DNA from: Botryllus schlosseri
Taxonomy: Eukaryota
Length of the DNA stretch: 64,000 nt
Direction of reading: 5' to 3'
Assembly (NCBI GenBank): GCA_051294905.1
Contig: CM119372.1
Coordinates: 4,590,001 to 4,654,000 of the forward strand
Every line of letters starts with the position of its first letter. The stretch's first letter is position 1. The translations under genes were made by a program, and so were the position numbers. Below the pieces are notes generated by a model. The model had not been told where the DNA came from. It did no database searches and worked only from the letters and a program-made list of their open reading frames with translations. Below, piece after piece: positions 1 through 12,630 of this stretch.

Positions 1-1171
1 CAGCAATTAGGCATGATCTAGCTCTCCAAGTCTACAGTGTACTACGGTTGTAGCACTAATGGAGTGGCGGCACGACTCTGTAGACGCGTTTCCTCGCTGT
101 GGAAACTGCATCGACCCTTCCATATATCGGAACTTACTCAATGAGCATATGCCGTGATAGGAATCATAATGGTTTTCCCAACAGGAAACATCCCCAGGGT
201 TATGAAACATGATATTTCGACAACAGCTGCGATATTGGGTACACGAGCGCTTGGGATATGCTTCTGATTTGTGCAGCGATTTACGCATAAAGACTGCGTC
301 CTAAACAGCTATGACACTATGATTATACATAGCGTGTCGAGTAGTAAGTGTCGCGGAATCAATTGAGCATATTTCCGGGCGCTGGGTATTCGAAGGTACG
401 GCCAGTCTTCAAGCCTTCGAATAGGCGTGCTGGTGACTACGTCGAGACGGCGCTCTTCAGCAATACCTTGTGTTTTCGTTGATCTTTTAAAAACAGCGCA
501 TCCGTTCAGGTCTACGTAGTTATGCCGTATTGAGACTGTGCAGTGTGCACAGTCGGAAGCGAACTGCGAGACGTGATGCTCAGCCGGCTTCGATCGGATT
601 TCGATGCTTTGTGAATATGTTAATTTGGAATGGATTTGTTACGCTGGGAACAAATAGCGACCGTTGGCATCACCAATCGCCGGCCATTGTGCCTTGGTGT
701 AGTGGAGTGAATGAGTAACAATAGGTATCTCAAGATTTGAAGAGCTTTCGTTGAAGGCAGAGTGTTCGGTACACAATACATCGGCGAGCAAGATGGATTC
801 TTGTGTAGTCTGCAAGGCTCGGCTCGTGATATCGAGGTTCAAGGCGTGATTGAAATGCGCCGACCGGGTATAGATGTTAGCATGTTGAATTTAACGTCGA
901 CCTCGTAAAAGCGTCAGCACTTAGTGTGAAATATGTCGGCGTCAAGGTAGATTTGTAAGACATGCAGAAAGTTCTCTCTTAGATAAGTCGAGCGGTAGTT
1001 GAATTAGACTTTGAATTATTGCTTCACAGGTATTTTTTTCGAAATTAGACTAGAATTAGAGTTATAGCTGCTCAGTTTTGTAAAAATTAGATTAGAATTA
1101 GAATTACTGAAACGAAAATTTGGACATCAAACATTTCATGACACGTCTACCTCAATTATTTCGATTCAGGC

Positions 1172-4100
1172 ATGCTTAGAAGAAAAGTGCGCATCGCTCT
1201 AAAGCGTCTAGCTTGCGTTGCGTTAGTTTGTAAGTTTCTGCTGTCGTCCGGAATATTTGACGAGGTCTTGTCTTACCTGAACAATATACACAGCGCGCAA
1301 GATTTCATACTGGATAGCCCTACCGAGGGACGCGATGGAATTGCGCACGGCGCCTCTAGAAAGCGACTGCTCGAGTCGCTAAACCCCGAGACTTGCGCCG
1401 ATGTGCCCAAGCGACTGGTCGGGAAAGTGTCTCACGCTAAAGACCCGCCTGATATGAGAATAACCGAGCTTGTTAATAATGAAGTGACGGACGGTTCTTA
1501 CGAGCCCGGAGACTGTAAATCGCGCTGTCGCGTGGCTATTATAGTGCCTATACGCGGGCGTGAAAAAAACCTCCGTCATATGCTGGCTCATATGCACCCG
1601 ATTTGGCAGCGGCAAGAGCTGAGCTACACTGTGTTCACGATCACCCAAGCGGGAACGCGTACTTTCAATAAAGCAAAGCTGATGAACGCCGGTTTCAAAG
1701 AAGCTAGATCGTGTACGAAACTACGTTATTCTGTATTGGTACAGTCATCGACGACAGATCGCTATACCGGTGTCTATTACGTCACACAGCGCGTGATTGT
1801 GTCATGCTGTGGACGACCGAAAGTTCTCAGCTGTTCCAAATTGTATCATTTAGATTTATAGCTACACAGTATTGTCCAAAATATTCTTAATAATCCAAAT
1901 ATCGAATTCGCAAAACTTGGGAATTCAATTAAATTCCTAGTCGAAAATAAATACAACAAACAGAGCTCATTCCCAAAAGCAGATTCAACAACTGAAAAAT
2001 TTCCAGCTTTTCAAGATTAGATTATAATTAGTGTTATAGCTGCACAGCTTTTTTCCAAATTTGACTAGAATTAGACTTGTTGAATTCGCAAAAAACTTGG
2101 ACGTTTCGCGCCGTACGGTTGGCGGAAAACCATAAATTCGATTAGAAGTAAAATTGAAGCATAGAAAAATTTCACAAATTAGATTCGATCTTGGTCGCGG
2201 GCAATTTTGCTTTAATTAGAGAAGTTGAATTCTAGTTGTAACAGACTGGCGGCCGTTCACATGTTTCGTCGGTTGTATTATTAATGATGCTGACGCACTA
2301 TCGGCAAACATGGAAAGTGACCTCTCTCTTGTCTCCGTCGATGATTTTTGAAAGGTATTCATTCTTTTCGTAATGCGTCCCTGTCCACAGTACAGGAGTT
2401 AAGTTAAACCAAGGCTACTCAGCGTTCGACCGCGGTACAAATGCGAATATTTCCAACGCAGAATCCGGACCTTATCCGTCTTAGCATATGCTGAGTTTTT
2501 TTTAATGTAACCAAATCTAATATCGTTGATGTGCTAAAAGAATGGCCTGCTTACAGCTGCGAGTCAGCGTTTTCGATTCACGAACTTTGGAGAGAATAGA
2601 TTTCGCGTCTGTACGACAAGTGAGAACATTCGCCACTCCCACCGACTCGCTCGCAACACCTTCTTAGAACCAAGACGGAAATAACCATCAAAATGTCAAT
2701 TCACGCACTAGCTAAGTATCCAACTAACAGAACAATAAATTGAATAATATATTCATATTGAAATAAACCGGAATATTTTCGGCAGACACTCGTCCGTAAC
2801 TCGGGATTTGAAAGGACATTGTGTATCAATATTCGTACACAGTGTTCTTTCCAATTCTCTACTGGGTTCATGACGATTACCCCTGACGAGTGTCAGCCGA
2901 AAATATTCGGGCTTATTTCATTATGAATTTATTATTCAATTGTATATTGAAGTCCTGCACCTCCGAGAGCTCTTTAGAACGATAAATACATTTCGCTTAA
3001 TGGATAATACCGCTTTACCCGAATTGGTTTATAGTTATTACATTTGTACGGCTGTAATGAGAGTTATAACGGTCCTACGCAGATTTTAAACTTTTGTAAC
3101 TTGACCTTTGTTAAAAGTAGTTGAGTACCCTTTGTTTTCAGACTGTCTCGTTATTAAATGATTGCTTCCTGCTTAATACCACCGTCATCCAATTACACGG
3201 GCTTGATCATATTCCCTATTGCAGACGGTCGGTATGACTGCTTCGTATTTCACGACGTGGACGCTCTGCTCGAGGACGACCGTTGTTTGTACTGGTGCGA
3301 TCAACAGAACCCGCGGCATTTGTGCGCGTACGCGGATGTCTTCAATTATCGTGAAGTTTGGTATTTTTCTGCGTGCCGGCGCCCGGGAGGTGAGCTGGCT
3401 TCCAATGTACGAGCTCAAATCGGTTTATCGTAAGATTCCGATGAATGAAATGACAGTTGAAGCAATATTTCAATGAAACACCCACCTTGGCCACGTATAT
3501 AGACGCGTCTAATTCATTGAATTAGAAGTAACAGACAAGCGATAAAAATGAAGTAACATCTGTACGTGTGCGAAATTGATGTCAGACAGAGTTGGGCAAA
3601 TATTGCTGATTTTCCAAATTAGTATTGTAACTACACATTTTTTCAAATTAGATTCGAATTAGCCAGAAATTCAACAAAAATCAAGTTCAATTCATATCAT
3701 ATTAGAATATAAAATAGAATTGCGAATGTACCCAAAGCTTGGCTCGCTCCGCGCTATATACATACAGCGCTCCTGTGGCGTTTTCAGTAATGACCAGAAA
3801 TTTTAGCAACAAAGTTTTTTCCGCGTTATACGTTACCATTAGAATTATAGCCACACGGTTTTTTGGATCTTAACTGGATTTACTGAATTCGCAAAAGAAA
3901 TAACGGAAATCGAGTTCGGTTCGTATCAAATCTGAGTTAAATCTTGCTAGTTTCGCACTATACAGTTTTCCTGTAGCATTTTCCGGAAAACCACAAATTA
4001 GGTTGGAATTGAAATTTTTAGCATAGAAATTTTTCACGTATTAGATTAGAATTAGAATTGGAGCAAAGCAACATTTCACAAATAAGATAAGAATAAGATT

Positions 4101-7100
4101 GCATGCATTTCCCTATAATCAGGTAATTATACAGTTGCCCGAATCTGTATGATCCTACCCAAGTGCGCCAGCCTAGTCAGCACGACGTTTGCGTTCCCTA
4201 TTCAGCTGTATAACCGCTCGGCTCTTCGAGATAGTCAATATTTGCACTGCATCATTGCCAGAACTCTTCAGCCAGATCAAGCTGTTCGGCGGGGTGACTA
4301 TGTTTACCGAAGAACAGTTTCGAAGGGTGAACGGCTTTTCAAATTATTATTGGGGCTGGGGCGGCGAAGACGACGATATGTATAACAGATTAAGAAATAA
4401 AGGTGAGTTCTAGTGTGCTACATTCAGTATCAGTATGGTTGCTGAAACTTAACTCGGTAAAATTGTTAGGTTAACTACAAAACGCGCTGCATACCAAAAA
4501 TCTGCTCAATTCCAACTTGTAACAGCGAAGCCACATGACTAAAAAATGATTTCTTTTCTCAAATTTCACTTCCGACCCCATGAACTTGTTGAGTTGTCTA
4601 AAAATACGATTGTCAACAAATTTGGCTCAATTCCAACCAGTAGAAGCGAAGTTATGGGAACACTAAATTATGGATTTGAAAATCACGGTCACAAAACTTT
4701 TTATTATAGAACTACCCACCGTAAATATTATTATTTCAAATCCAAAATTTTCAACATCAATAACTTAGCTCCTACCGAGTGTAATTTGGCCAAATTTTGT
4801 ATGCTTGTCTGATTTTATCAGTTTTGTGATTTGTAATATGTGTCCTCTTTTCGGATCCCAAATTATGGTAACCCATGTAGTAGTAATACTGCTTTTGAGA
4901 AGCTTCGTGGAGGTACAGACCTTCAATATACAATTGAATGTTATATTCATATTGAAATAAACCGGGATATGTTCGGCCGACGTTCGTCAGGGACTAGTAG
5001 AGAATTGGAAAGGAAATTGTACATCAACAATCGTGCCGCCAAATATCACGTCTCCAAATTTCGAATAATAGGCGGAAAGAACATTACGTATTTTTACGGC
5101 ATGCACACCGACTCATGACAAACGTACACACGATCTGTGCATATGCATATGAGTGTATGATGTGCGCATGCCGCTGGACCAGGAAGCTGCAGATATAGCT
5201 TTTAAAGCGGGGAAGTCATGAATACCAATATTACTAATCAGTAGGCCAAGTTTTTGTTGTAGTCAAATCCAACGAAAGTTGCATTTGTTTTTCACAAAAG
5301 TTACACTACAAAGTTGCATTTATGGACAAGTTCCTGGATAATATGAGGGTATGAGATACATGAAATCTATCCGTATCCAAGGCACTGTAGCAAAACTCAG
5401 TGTTTGCGACTTCAACAAAATCGATAGCCTGAAAAGATTGACCCAGCTAATGACCCCGAAATATAATTTTCGGCGGTCTAGCCGGAATATACGTCAAATC
5501 GGAAAGGACCTCAAATTTAAGCGACAGTGAAATAATCAAGCGATCTATTTACATGTAGTGTCAAATATATCCAGTAAAAAGTCATATGCATGAAAAATCA
5601 AAAAAAATCAGGCAAAAATTTACATGAAAAATCGGAAAAAGTTGCATGAAATATCGATAAAGTTGAAAAAAAAACAGTCTGAAAAAATGTAGAAAAGTTG
5701 CACTATAGGATTCCTTCAAACAGCTTAAAACACCATACTACATAATTTCCGAGTATTTAGGAAGCTGTCGGAAGCTGTACAAAAAGTTGCAAAAGTTGCA
5801 AAAACTTGCCCTAGAGCAGTGGTTCCCAACCTTTTTGTCTTCATTCCCCACTTCAGATTTATTCCGAGCCTTCATTCCCCACCAGGACCATAACAGCACT
5901 TTGTCATCCCCACCAAAAAACGTTGGTCTTGGGCCCCCAGAACCACCTCAGCCCCGCTGAGCCTGTACGCTTTTTCCTGCAACTTATCAGCTACATGGGG
6001 TCTACTGTTTAGTGCGTCACCATATTTCGACTGAACGCGCGAAGCGCGAAAAATTTATATAATTCGTGTTTGAATCAGCCAATATGATCGGGAATTGCAT
6101 TTATTTTGGTCTCAATTTTTTATCCCCGCTCTGCTCACGTAATCAGATTTGCCGGAAGAGTTGAGTGAGGTGTGTTGGAAAAAGTAGGACCCTAAATAAC
6201 AATTGAACATCTTCGGGAAGACCCGTTGGTTTGGTACATTGACTTCGTTACAGTGTGCTATTTCGTGATCTCCTATATATGCTATGTCAAAAGATGTGGA
6301 AATCGCCAAAACCAAAAGGCATACACGATTTCAAATTGGTATCGCTTTACTGGTAAATTTTTCCCTGCGGGATGGCATTTGTCGTGTGGGGTTCAGGTCG
6401 CCAGGACAGGAACATTTGGCGTCAGCAATTTAGCCAATTAAAACCTATATGTATATTGCATATACATCGAAGTTTTGGGTCACCACAAGGGCATTCCTTC
6501 TCGGCCTCGGTCTTCTCGCTGCTGATCGTTTCGGCACACTTCTCGGAGTTGCATGTTACATGGCGTATAACTTCATATGCCTTGGCGCGTCGTGGTGCAG
6601 TAATGGCCGACGGCGAAGTCGCCATTTCTATAAATTATACGTATTTTCGTGGGGAAATGTACCCAATAATCAGATATTCGGCAATAACAAATAGCGGGGG
6701 GGGGGGTGCGGCAGTTACGGTCCTGTTCCCCACTACCCAGCACTTTTGTCATCACAGAGCAGCTATTTGCTGGTTTAACTACACAAGACACACAGCCATG
6801 CCAGCACGCAAGACAATCGCGAATAACTGCAAAATAAAACGTATTGTTAACCGATACCAGTAACGCTCAAAATTTTGCGAAAGCGTTATTTCACGTCAAA
6901 CTATAGTCGTTCCGGACGCGTTTGTGACGCCATGATTGGCCATCCAGCGTTAAAAATGAGGTTTTGTGAACAACACGCAATATAATTTTCGATACATGTA
7001 TTCCAGAGCAGTTAACTGGTAACGGTAATTGCGCAAAAGTCTCTGTGAATATGTAGACTGACCTCTATATAATTTTGAACAAATACGTCTATTCCCCACC

Positions 7101-7902
7101 AGAAACCATTGAATTCCCCACCAGTGGGGAATTCCCCACCGTTTGGGAACCACTGCCCTAGAGTAATCAGGTCTTTGGTATGGGGGATTGAATCCACGAT
7201 CTACCGATCAAGAAGCCGGACGAAGAGATCGCTTGAGCTCAACGTCCTATTCAGTATTCAAAGGTGGTACACGAACTCTTTTTGTGGCACAAACTAGGTT
7301 GGCGTATTTTGGCACGCCATTGAAGTGCCGAAAATAGGTTTGATCGAAGAAACGCTAAATCATCTTGTGTATGTGGTGTGGAACGGGCATCAGTTTTCCT
7401 GTGCGATCGTGTACAAGGCACATTATTCAACATCCCGCATCATACGAATACTTCATAACGAATAATGCTCGACCACAAGATTGTTGCCTATATTCACGCA
7501 GATCCATTTTTACATGTATCCAGGGTACGAACCGGTGAACCCTTACAGTCGCCATTGCTCTTACACACTGTTGCAACATCCTCACGAGAAGACGAACGCT
7601 CCGACCAGAGCGAAAGAATCGTTGGTGTACCATTCTAAATCTCGTCAAGACAAGGACGGTTTAAGCAACGTCAGGTTAGTGATAAGTCTGGCTTTTAACG
7701 TGTGTCATAATATTGTATCGACGCAAATAACGTGCGATTACTTAGTACGCCCGCACACACAAGCCTGCGGAAATGTTAGAGTTATAGCTCGTACTGTAAA
7801 CTGAACAGTTCCCATTAGAAAACCGTGTTAGTCTCTCTTCAGATGCTATTCATCCTTTCATATCTTTAATACACTAAGGTCAACATAGATGTTTGTTTAT
7901 GA
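1172..7902 (+). CDS. Glycosyltransferase family 7 (beta-1,4-galactosyltransferase / beta-1,4-GalNAc-transferase-like), spliced, type II membrane protein
   Basis: Phase-consistent exons 1172-1712, 3225-3350, 4262-4402 and 7524-7674, plus an uncertain last exon at ~7843-7902. The translation shows an N-terminal basic/hydrophobic anchor and GT7 motifs [38 protein letters not shown] (DxD), [28 protein letters not shown] and [10 protein letters not shown]. Paralog not assignable by eye. Confidence 0.9.
2738..2980. mobile_element. Penelope-like inverted pLTR pair
   Basis: Same repeat family in inverted arrangement; the minus-strand motif is degenerate and the plus-strand motif is intact. Confidence 0.7.
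2870..2912 (+). ncRNA. Minimal type I hammerhead ribozyme motif, intact core, in intron of the GT7 gene (sense)
   Basis: CCC-CTGACGA(2883-2889)-G-TGTCAGC-C-GAAA(2899-2902)-ATAT-TC(2908)-GGG; predicted cleavage after C2908. Confidence 0.75.
5250..5813 (+). repeat. Dispersed repeat with AAAGTTGCA motifs and a CCCTA terminus (probable hAT derivative)
   Basis: Reverse-complement copies at ~51394-51740 (begins TAGGGCAAGTTTTTG) and ~52960-53255. Confidence 0.65.
5817..7155. mobile_element. Non-autonomous hAT (Charlie-like) DNA transposon
   Basis: TIR CAGTGGTTCCCAA / TTGGGAACCACTG; exact 8-bp TSD CCCTAGAG (5809-5816, 7156-7163); subterminal ATTCCCCAC repeats; no transposase ORF. Confidence 0.9.
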
Positions 7903-9184
7903 CCGGCACCTTAATACAACCAAATACTTGATACAACCAAATGTTTGTTTATCCTCAGGTGTTTGCGCAGTCACAAAGTGTAGCCTTCTTAATTCCTCAT
8001 CTCTAAAAGTCTAAAAGAGTTGCTATCGTGCAAATATACCGTGCAAAAGATTTTCGGTGCCGCCATCGTTATAGATATCTAAGGCTTGGCGCAATGATTA
8101 AAGTACATGAATCGGAATCCCCGCATCAGTTTTAATGATTAGATAGTATTTCGCACCGTGAAAGCCTTGAAACCTAAATCGGTGGTATCACAGCCAATGT
8201 CCCCTCTCATTTCTCACGAGTCTGCGCGTACTCACCAACCTGCCGCGCGGTCCCTTGGAGAACAGTGCGTAACGACTTAAAAAAAAGGCATACTTCGGAT
8301 TTTTTGCGCGCAGCTTAAATTTTCTGTGCGCAGAGACCGTGTCAGACCAGCTCGATTGCGCACGCGCGTAGCTTAGAGGGAACATTGATCACAGCATGTA
8401 TACGAAACATGTGGTACAGGGGTTCCCAAACTAGGGGTCGTTTGCCTATTCCCTGAGGTCGCGGAGACGAAAATTTAAAATTTTCAAAATAGAAGTAAAA
8501 ACTAATGCGAACCCGGCAAACAAGACATCAGATCGGTCAAAGCGTCATTTAAAGCGCCACCTACTGTAACGCAAGATTGGTGTCTGGTCATTAGTATGGA
8601 GAAGTGTCGCAGGTTTAACTAGGCCTCTCCTCGCCATCTCACTCATTCTCAAGAAAATCGGCATGTCGTAAATGTCCATAGCAGTCGACAAACACCACGA
8701 ATGCCTCAAACAAACAAACAAAGTTTCGGTAGCATAGAAACCAATAGGACGGTTATATTTCCTTCCAGGAAAATTACAAGCGACCGGCAGTGCTGTGCGT
8801 TAACAATGTAAAACATACACGGGACACACGTAATAATCACGTAGTGATCGGTCCGTGGACACTGGACATATATCATGCGACAGTTGAGCTGATACAATAC
8901 GGTTGGGATCGGGGAGTAGGTTGGGGTTAGGTTTAGGGTTAGGATGTATATATGAGAGGGTTAGGTCAAGTTTTGGCGTTGTGAAACCACATGACGCATG
9001 CTGAAGTGTCACGTGTTGATTAGTCGTTTTTCATTGTGCGGCATGCTCCTGTGTCGGGCGACCGTTAGTCATCGGCACGCCAGATTGAGAAGTGGGGTCG
9101 CGAAACATTTTCAAATCAAAATTTGGGGTCGCGAATGTAAAAAGTGCAATGAAATCGGTCGAAAATATACCAAATTATGATTAC

Positions 9185-10074
9185 TAGGGCGATTTTTTTT
9201 TACCTAAAAAACGGAAGATTTTGACCTAACAAATCAAAATTTTGACTTTTTTTGACCTAAAAAAACTGAATTTTGACCAAATCTTGACCTCACGTATGCA
9301 AATTAGGCGTTTTCGCACCTAATGTGAAAATTGTACTACTTATCTTCATTTCTGGTTGGAACTGTCTGTCCTTATGAAGTATTTTGGCCTGAAAACACTT
9401 TTTTGGCTTGAAAACTGACAAATTTTTACATGAAAAAAACTAGTATTTCTACGAAATCTGGCCCTATGAAGAATTCCAGTAGTTACATCACGAATTATGG
9501 TAGAAATAATTAAAATTTGTTGTAGTACAACGAAAGATACTTTCCTACATTCACGGGTAGAAAGTGTCTGTCCGTACTAAGTATAGCTTGCCAAGAATGG
9601 AGAAAGAACGTTCAACAGCAGCAGTTGTTGCCTTTTTGGCTGACAGCATTGAAGTTGTGCGTACACTTCTGGTGACACACCGTGTTGCTTCATTTTGAAA
9701 ATGTTATCTACATCACAAATTTTCGTTATGCGCTTCTTGATATAAGAACCATGCAATGCCCACGCAGTCTTGCTTCAGTTAGGATATTGAGGCACATTGA
9801 CCAAACACCACATCAGCCTATTTGTTTCATTTGAATGTTTATGATTCACAATGAGCAGACAATGGGCCGTCTACAACGGTAGGCCTATAAAATAGGCTAC
9901 AAGCTGTAAAATGTCAAATAATAAGTTCACCGACAGTGCAAAATCTACGATACAAACGAAATGTAGGTTGCAAAAAAGTTTCAACTTTTTAAACAATTTT
10001 GACATTTTTTGACCTAACGCTACAATTTTGACCTAATTTTGACTTTTTTTGACATGTCAAAAAAAATCGCCCTA
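9185..10074. mobile_element. Non-autonomous hAT element (TAGGGCGATTTTT family)
   Basis: TIR TAGGGCGATTTTTTTT / AAAAAAAATCGCCCTA; exact 8-bp TSD ATGATTAC (9177-9184, 10075-10082); TTTTGAC subterminal repeats. Confidence 0.9.
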
Positions 10075-10544
10075 ATGATTACATTCGATGTGATGTTAGT
10101 ACTGGAATGAATTTGTTAGTGGTCGTTTAAAGGTACATATTTTAGCTTCGCTTATCATTCATGCTCTATTGACTTCATAATGAACGCTACTAGAACACTC
10201 GACCCGGATGCTTGATACTCTATTCAGAACCAGGCCTATAGCTATGATACGGTCAATCGAGTCTTCAAGGCTGCCACGTCGGAATGAACTTGTCGAAGCT
10301 AGGTTTCTCGCTGACAAAAGCTTTGCCGCCAAGATCCTGTACATTCGTTTCTCAATAAGATCGGCGCTTACTGCTCGACTCTGATCGTTACGATTGATGC
10401 TGGAATCATTGTGTCATAATTGTTTCAATTCAATCACGCCCTATGTTAGCCCACCTGATTAAACAACCACCAAGTACGATCTCCATCAAGCCTTTGTATC
10501 ACGTCTATAATTATCGTAGAATGCATGTCGAGTTACGCCAGTGC

Positions 10545-11605
10545 AGACTTGGACAATTACCTAATTCTAGTTGTCTAATCAGAGAGAAATGCCGGTAATC
10601 TAATTGCAATCTAATTTGTGAAATGTTTATGCTCTAATTTTAATTCTACTCTAGTTCCTGGTTTTCCTGAAAATGCTGCAGCAGAACTGTGCAGTGCGAA
10701 ACGACCCAAGCGTGATGTACAGACATTTGCCGTTATGAATGACCTGTGATTCGATGCGAACCGAACTCGATTCAATTTTCATGTTCTGGCGAATTCAGTA
10801 ATCCTAATCTAAATTTGGAATAAAACTGGGTAGCTATAATTCTAATCAAATTGGGTAAAAACTGTGTGTCTATAATTCTAATCTAATGTGGAGAAAACTG
10901 TGTAGCTATAATTCTAATTCTAATCTAATTTGGAATAACTGTGTAGCTATAATTCTAATCAAATTTGGAAGAAATGTATAGCTAAAATTCTAAGTCTAAT
11001 CTAATTTGGAAAAACTGTGTAGCTATAATTGCAATCTAATTTGGAAAAACTGTGTAGCTATAATTCTAATCAAATTGGGTAAAAACTGTGTGTCTATAAT
11101 TCTAATCTAATGTGGAGAAAACTGTGTAGCTATAATTCTAATTCTAATCTAATTTGGAATAACTGTGTAGCCATAATTCTAATCAAATTTGGAAGAAATG
11201 TATAGCTAAAATTCTAAGTCTAATCTAATTTGGAAAAACTGTGTAGCTATAATTGCAATCTAATTTGGAAAAACTGTGTAGCTATAATTCTAATCAAATT
11301 GGGTAAAAACTGTGTGTCTATAATTCTAATCTAATGTGGAGAAAACTGTGTATCTATAATTCTAATTCTAATCTAATTTGGAATAACTGTGTAGCTATAA
11401 TTCTAATCAAATTTGGAAGAAATGTATACTAAAATTCCAAGTCCAATCTAATTTGGAAAAACTGTGTAGCTATAATTCTAAGTCTAATCTAATGTGGAGA
11501 AAACTGTGTAGCTATAATTCTAAGTCTAATCGACTTTGGAGAAACTGTAGCTATAATTCTAATTCTAATCGAATTCGGAAACCCTGAAAATTTCCTAGTT
11601 ATCCA
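10545..11605 (+). repeat. Dispersed TCTAAT-rich repeat family (hosts the minisatellite)
   Basis: Related copies at ~990-1125 (-), 1885-2235 (-), 3600-4100 (-), 18215-20064 (interrupted), 27430-27880, 28265-28385 (-), 41250-41445, 46285-46990, 50160-50530 and 53690-54560 (interrupted). Ends resemble a CAGACTTGGACAATT / AATTGTCTAGTCTG TIR. Confidence 0.7.
10800..11580. repeat. Minisatellite, 35-42 bp monomer AAACTGTGTAGCTATAATTCTAATCTAATTTGG, with 224-bp higher-order period
   Basis: About 20 monomers; the marked variant CAAATTGGGTAAAAACTGTGTGTC recurs at 10847, 11071 and 11295. Confidence 0.9.
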
Positions 11606-12049
11606 ACCTCATGCGGATGAGCCGTGGCGTGTCCGTTCGTTCGCTTGGCGTGAGAATTCGCTGATTTTAAATCATCGCAAGTCAGCGAGGCGTGCAAGCT
11701 ATTCGGCGGCGTTTATGAGTCATGGACGGCCGTATTTACTGTAAATGTCAGCGCATACAGCGGCGCTTGAGACGCGTGGGATTGATCAATTAGGAAGAAA
11801 ATGTCACTGCGTTGCAAATGCGCTGTGTGTCCACTGTCCAGCGCAGTGGCTCTTAACCTTTATTAACCTGGCGAACCCTTGAAAGGTCGACTCGTAAGGC
11901 AAACAGGTGAAATTGTGAGCGGCCCCTCCCGGTGACGCGAAATCTGTCGTCTTGATAATTTTTCTCTCAAGCGGGATTATCCAACAGATGTTTGCCAATG
12001 GCAGAATTTATGGCCTTTAAACGGTAAGCAGCCCAAGCCTTGTCTATGA

Positions 12050-12630
12050 AAGGAGTTCGTGTACCATCTTAAAATAGTACATTCAAGCGCTCTCTTAACT
12101 GAGATCTCATTTCATGCTGGTGACGTCATAGTTTGTGATACGATTGTTGGTAAACAATGTTCTTTCCAATTCTTCACTAGAAGCTGACGATCACCCCTTT
12201 CGAGTGCCAGCTGAGAATATTCGGGATCATTTCAATATATATGTACTATTCAATTGTATATTGAAGTTCTGTACCTCCAAGAAGCTCTTCAAATATTTCC
12301 TGTATAGATTTTAAAATTACCCGTTTTCTCGTCCGATACTATAAATTTTGTGAGTTGTAAAACTTTCCTCTTTTCCTGTTCTCGAAATATGGTAACCCTA
12401 CTAATGCTTCATGATGAGTCAAGCCCGCCCGAGAGCCAAAAGCTTGCTTGCTGAAGTGTAACTCAGAGGTTTTATTTAGTAATATAATATTTTTTCGGGT
12501 CTACTTCAATATGAATATACCATTCAGAAGTTCTTCTCAATCCTCGCCTAGCTGCTGACGATCACCCTTGACGAGCGTCAGCCGAAAATATTCGGGTATA
12601 TTTCAATATGAATATACTGTTTAATTGTAA
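12050..12630 (+). mobile_element. Two Penelope-like pLTR fragments
   Basis: Family sequence at ~12050-12295 (hammerhead degenerate) and ~12530-12630. Other solo fragments at ~4890-5065 (-), 7230-7330 (-), 25290-25330, 38690-38740, 43315-43445, 55405-55590 and 60715-60845. Confidence 0.65.
12554..12597 (+). ncRNA. Minimal hammerhead motif, C3U variant
   Basis: ACCC-TTGACGA-G-CGTCAGC-C-GAAA-ATAT-TC-GGGT. Confidence 0.6.

Noticed and set aside
7..842. Minus-strand ORFs of 93 and 67 aa at the window start
   Set aside because: No recognisable motif or consistent splice pattern; I cannot exclude an exon of a neighbouring gene or a 5' UTR exon.
6372..6863. 163-aa ORF inside the hAT element
   Set aside because: No transposase motifs recognised; likely a chance ORF.
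8900..8970. TTAGGG-like run (also ~20340, 24550, 24790)
   Set aside because: Only 1-3 degenerate units inside transposon-like sequence; not a telomere or a supportable interstitial array.
10800..11580. Regularly spaced ~36-bp repeats resembling a CRISPR array
   Set aside because: No unique spacers, no cas genes, eukaryotic context; it is a head-to-tail minisatellite.
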